Origin: Octopus bimaculoides
Taxonomy: Eukaryota
Assembly: GCF_001194135.2 (NCBI RefSeq)
Contig: NC_068997.1
Location: 15,878,973 to 15,941,330, forward strand
Reading direction: 5' to 3'
DNA: 62,358 bases
In this document: positions 61,497-62,358 of the stretch, in pieces
Layout: every line of letters starts with the position of its first letter
Position numbering within the stretch: the first letter of the stretch is position 1
Translations under genes and position numbers: made by a program
The notes under the pieces: model-generated
The model's database searches: none
The model's input: the letters and a program-made list of their open reading frames with translations, nothing else
What the model was told of the DNA's origin: nothing

Positions 61497-62322
61497 CATA
61501 CATATATAAACACGCAAAACGCAAGCACGCATACGCTATCACACATACAAACACGTACTAACAGTCACATATGCGTATACGGACACATGCACATAGAGAC
61601 AAGCTTACACACACACACACACACACATGCACAAATGCGCAAACTCGCACTCACACATACACACGCTCACACACGGGTACACACATTCTCACATGCATAC
61701 ACACATACACAAATACGTAGTAAATACGTCATGGCTCTGAAGATACGAAAAAAAAAATAGAAGGAATGGCCATGAGTGGAATGCTTTGGATTATTGGTGT
61801 GCTCGATCCAGGACTTTTATGAGTCTGGAGGAAAACGAACACCAATATCAGAAACGATTCCATCTATTAAAACACCACAAGCAACAAAGACAAACGGCAG
61901 ACAACAACAATAATTACAGCAACAGCAAATATTTAATAACTGTGTGTACACTCTCAAGAGCAACCACGGCAATTGTCAAAGCAAAAACAACTACAAGACA
62001 AAAAAAAAGGAGAAGAAAGCAAAACAAAATTAATAAGCTATACAATTAAAGCCAGCTGTGGGTTCTTTGTAAAACACTATTAGAGGAATAAACACACTTG
62101 TTGTGCCATTATACAAGATAACTAATTGGTCTTCGAAATAACCGTTTGTCGTGTTGTAGTTGGAAGTTCTGATTACCGCAACACATAATTAAATACCCAT
62201 TTCCATCCAAGAAAATTGCAAATTTCTGGCAAGAATTGGTAACATTTTGCGTATGTATGTATGCATGTACGTACGTACGTACGTATGTATGTATGTATGT
62301 ATGTATGTATGTATGTATGTAT

Positions 62323-62358
62323 AGGCGTAGGAGTGGCTGTGTGGTAAGTAGCTTGCCT
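62323..62358 (+). mobile_element. Start of a SINE family A copy, cut by the window edge
   Basis: aggcgtaggagtggctgtgtggtaagtagcttgcct. Confidence 0.9.

Noticed and set aside
1-62358. All long ORFs in the supplied track ([16 protein letters not shown], poly-M/D/S/H, X-runs)
   Set aside because: They are translations of microsatellites, N gaps or SINEs, with no domain-like sequence.

Overview
This is eukaryotic, AT-rich, non-coding DNA, almost certainly from a coleoid cephalopod and most likely Octopus. The assignment rests on its tRNA-derived SINE repertoire and the very dense (TA)n, (CA)n, (GATA)n, (ATC)n and (ATT)n microsatellites. About 31 assembly gaps (roughly 10.5 kb of N, hand count) mostly abut microsatellites. 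I find no supportable host protein-coding gene, tRNA/rRNA gene or CRISPR array; the supplied ORF track is essentially all microsatellite, gap or SINE read-through. The window looks like a large intron or gene desert. It holds several SINE families, labelled A, B, C and F here; these labels are mine, and correspondence to the published octopus OK/OR1/OR2 families needs alignment. It also holds 3' ends of an RTE-type element (D), one frameshifted CR1/L2/Jockey-group LINE fragment, several small hAT- and piggyBac-like MITEs with visible TIRs/TSDs, and two unclassified repeats (E, I). The best leads are: close inverted SINE pairs that could form dsRNA/ADAR substrates; modular tail-swapping among SINEs; a SINE carrying its own expanding microsatellite; serial SINE insertion into (ATT)n tails; two isolated candidate spliced exons; and a palindrome/TAAT-rich unique island. 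I see no evidence for a new multi-gene system. All coordinates were read by eye; ends of degenerate repeats are approximate.
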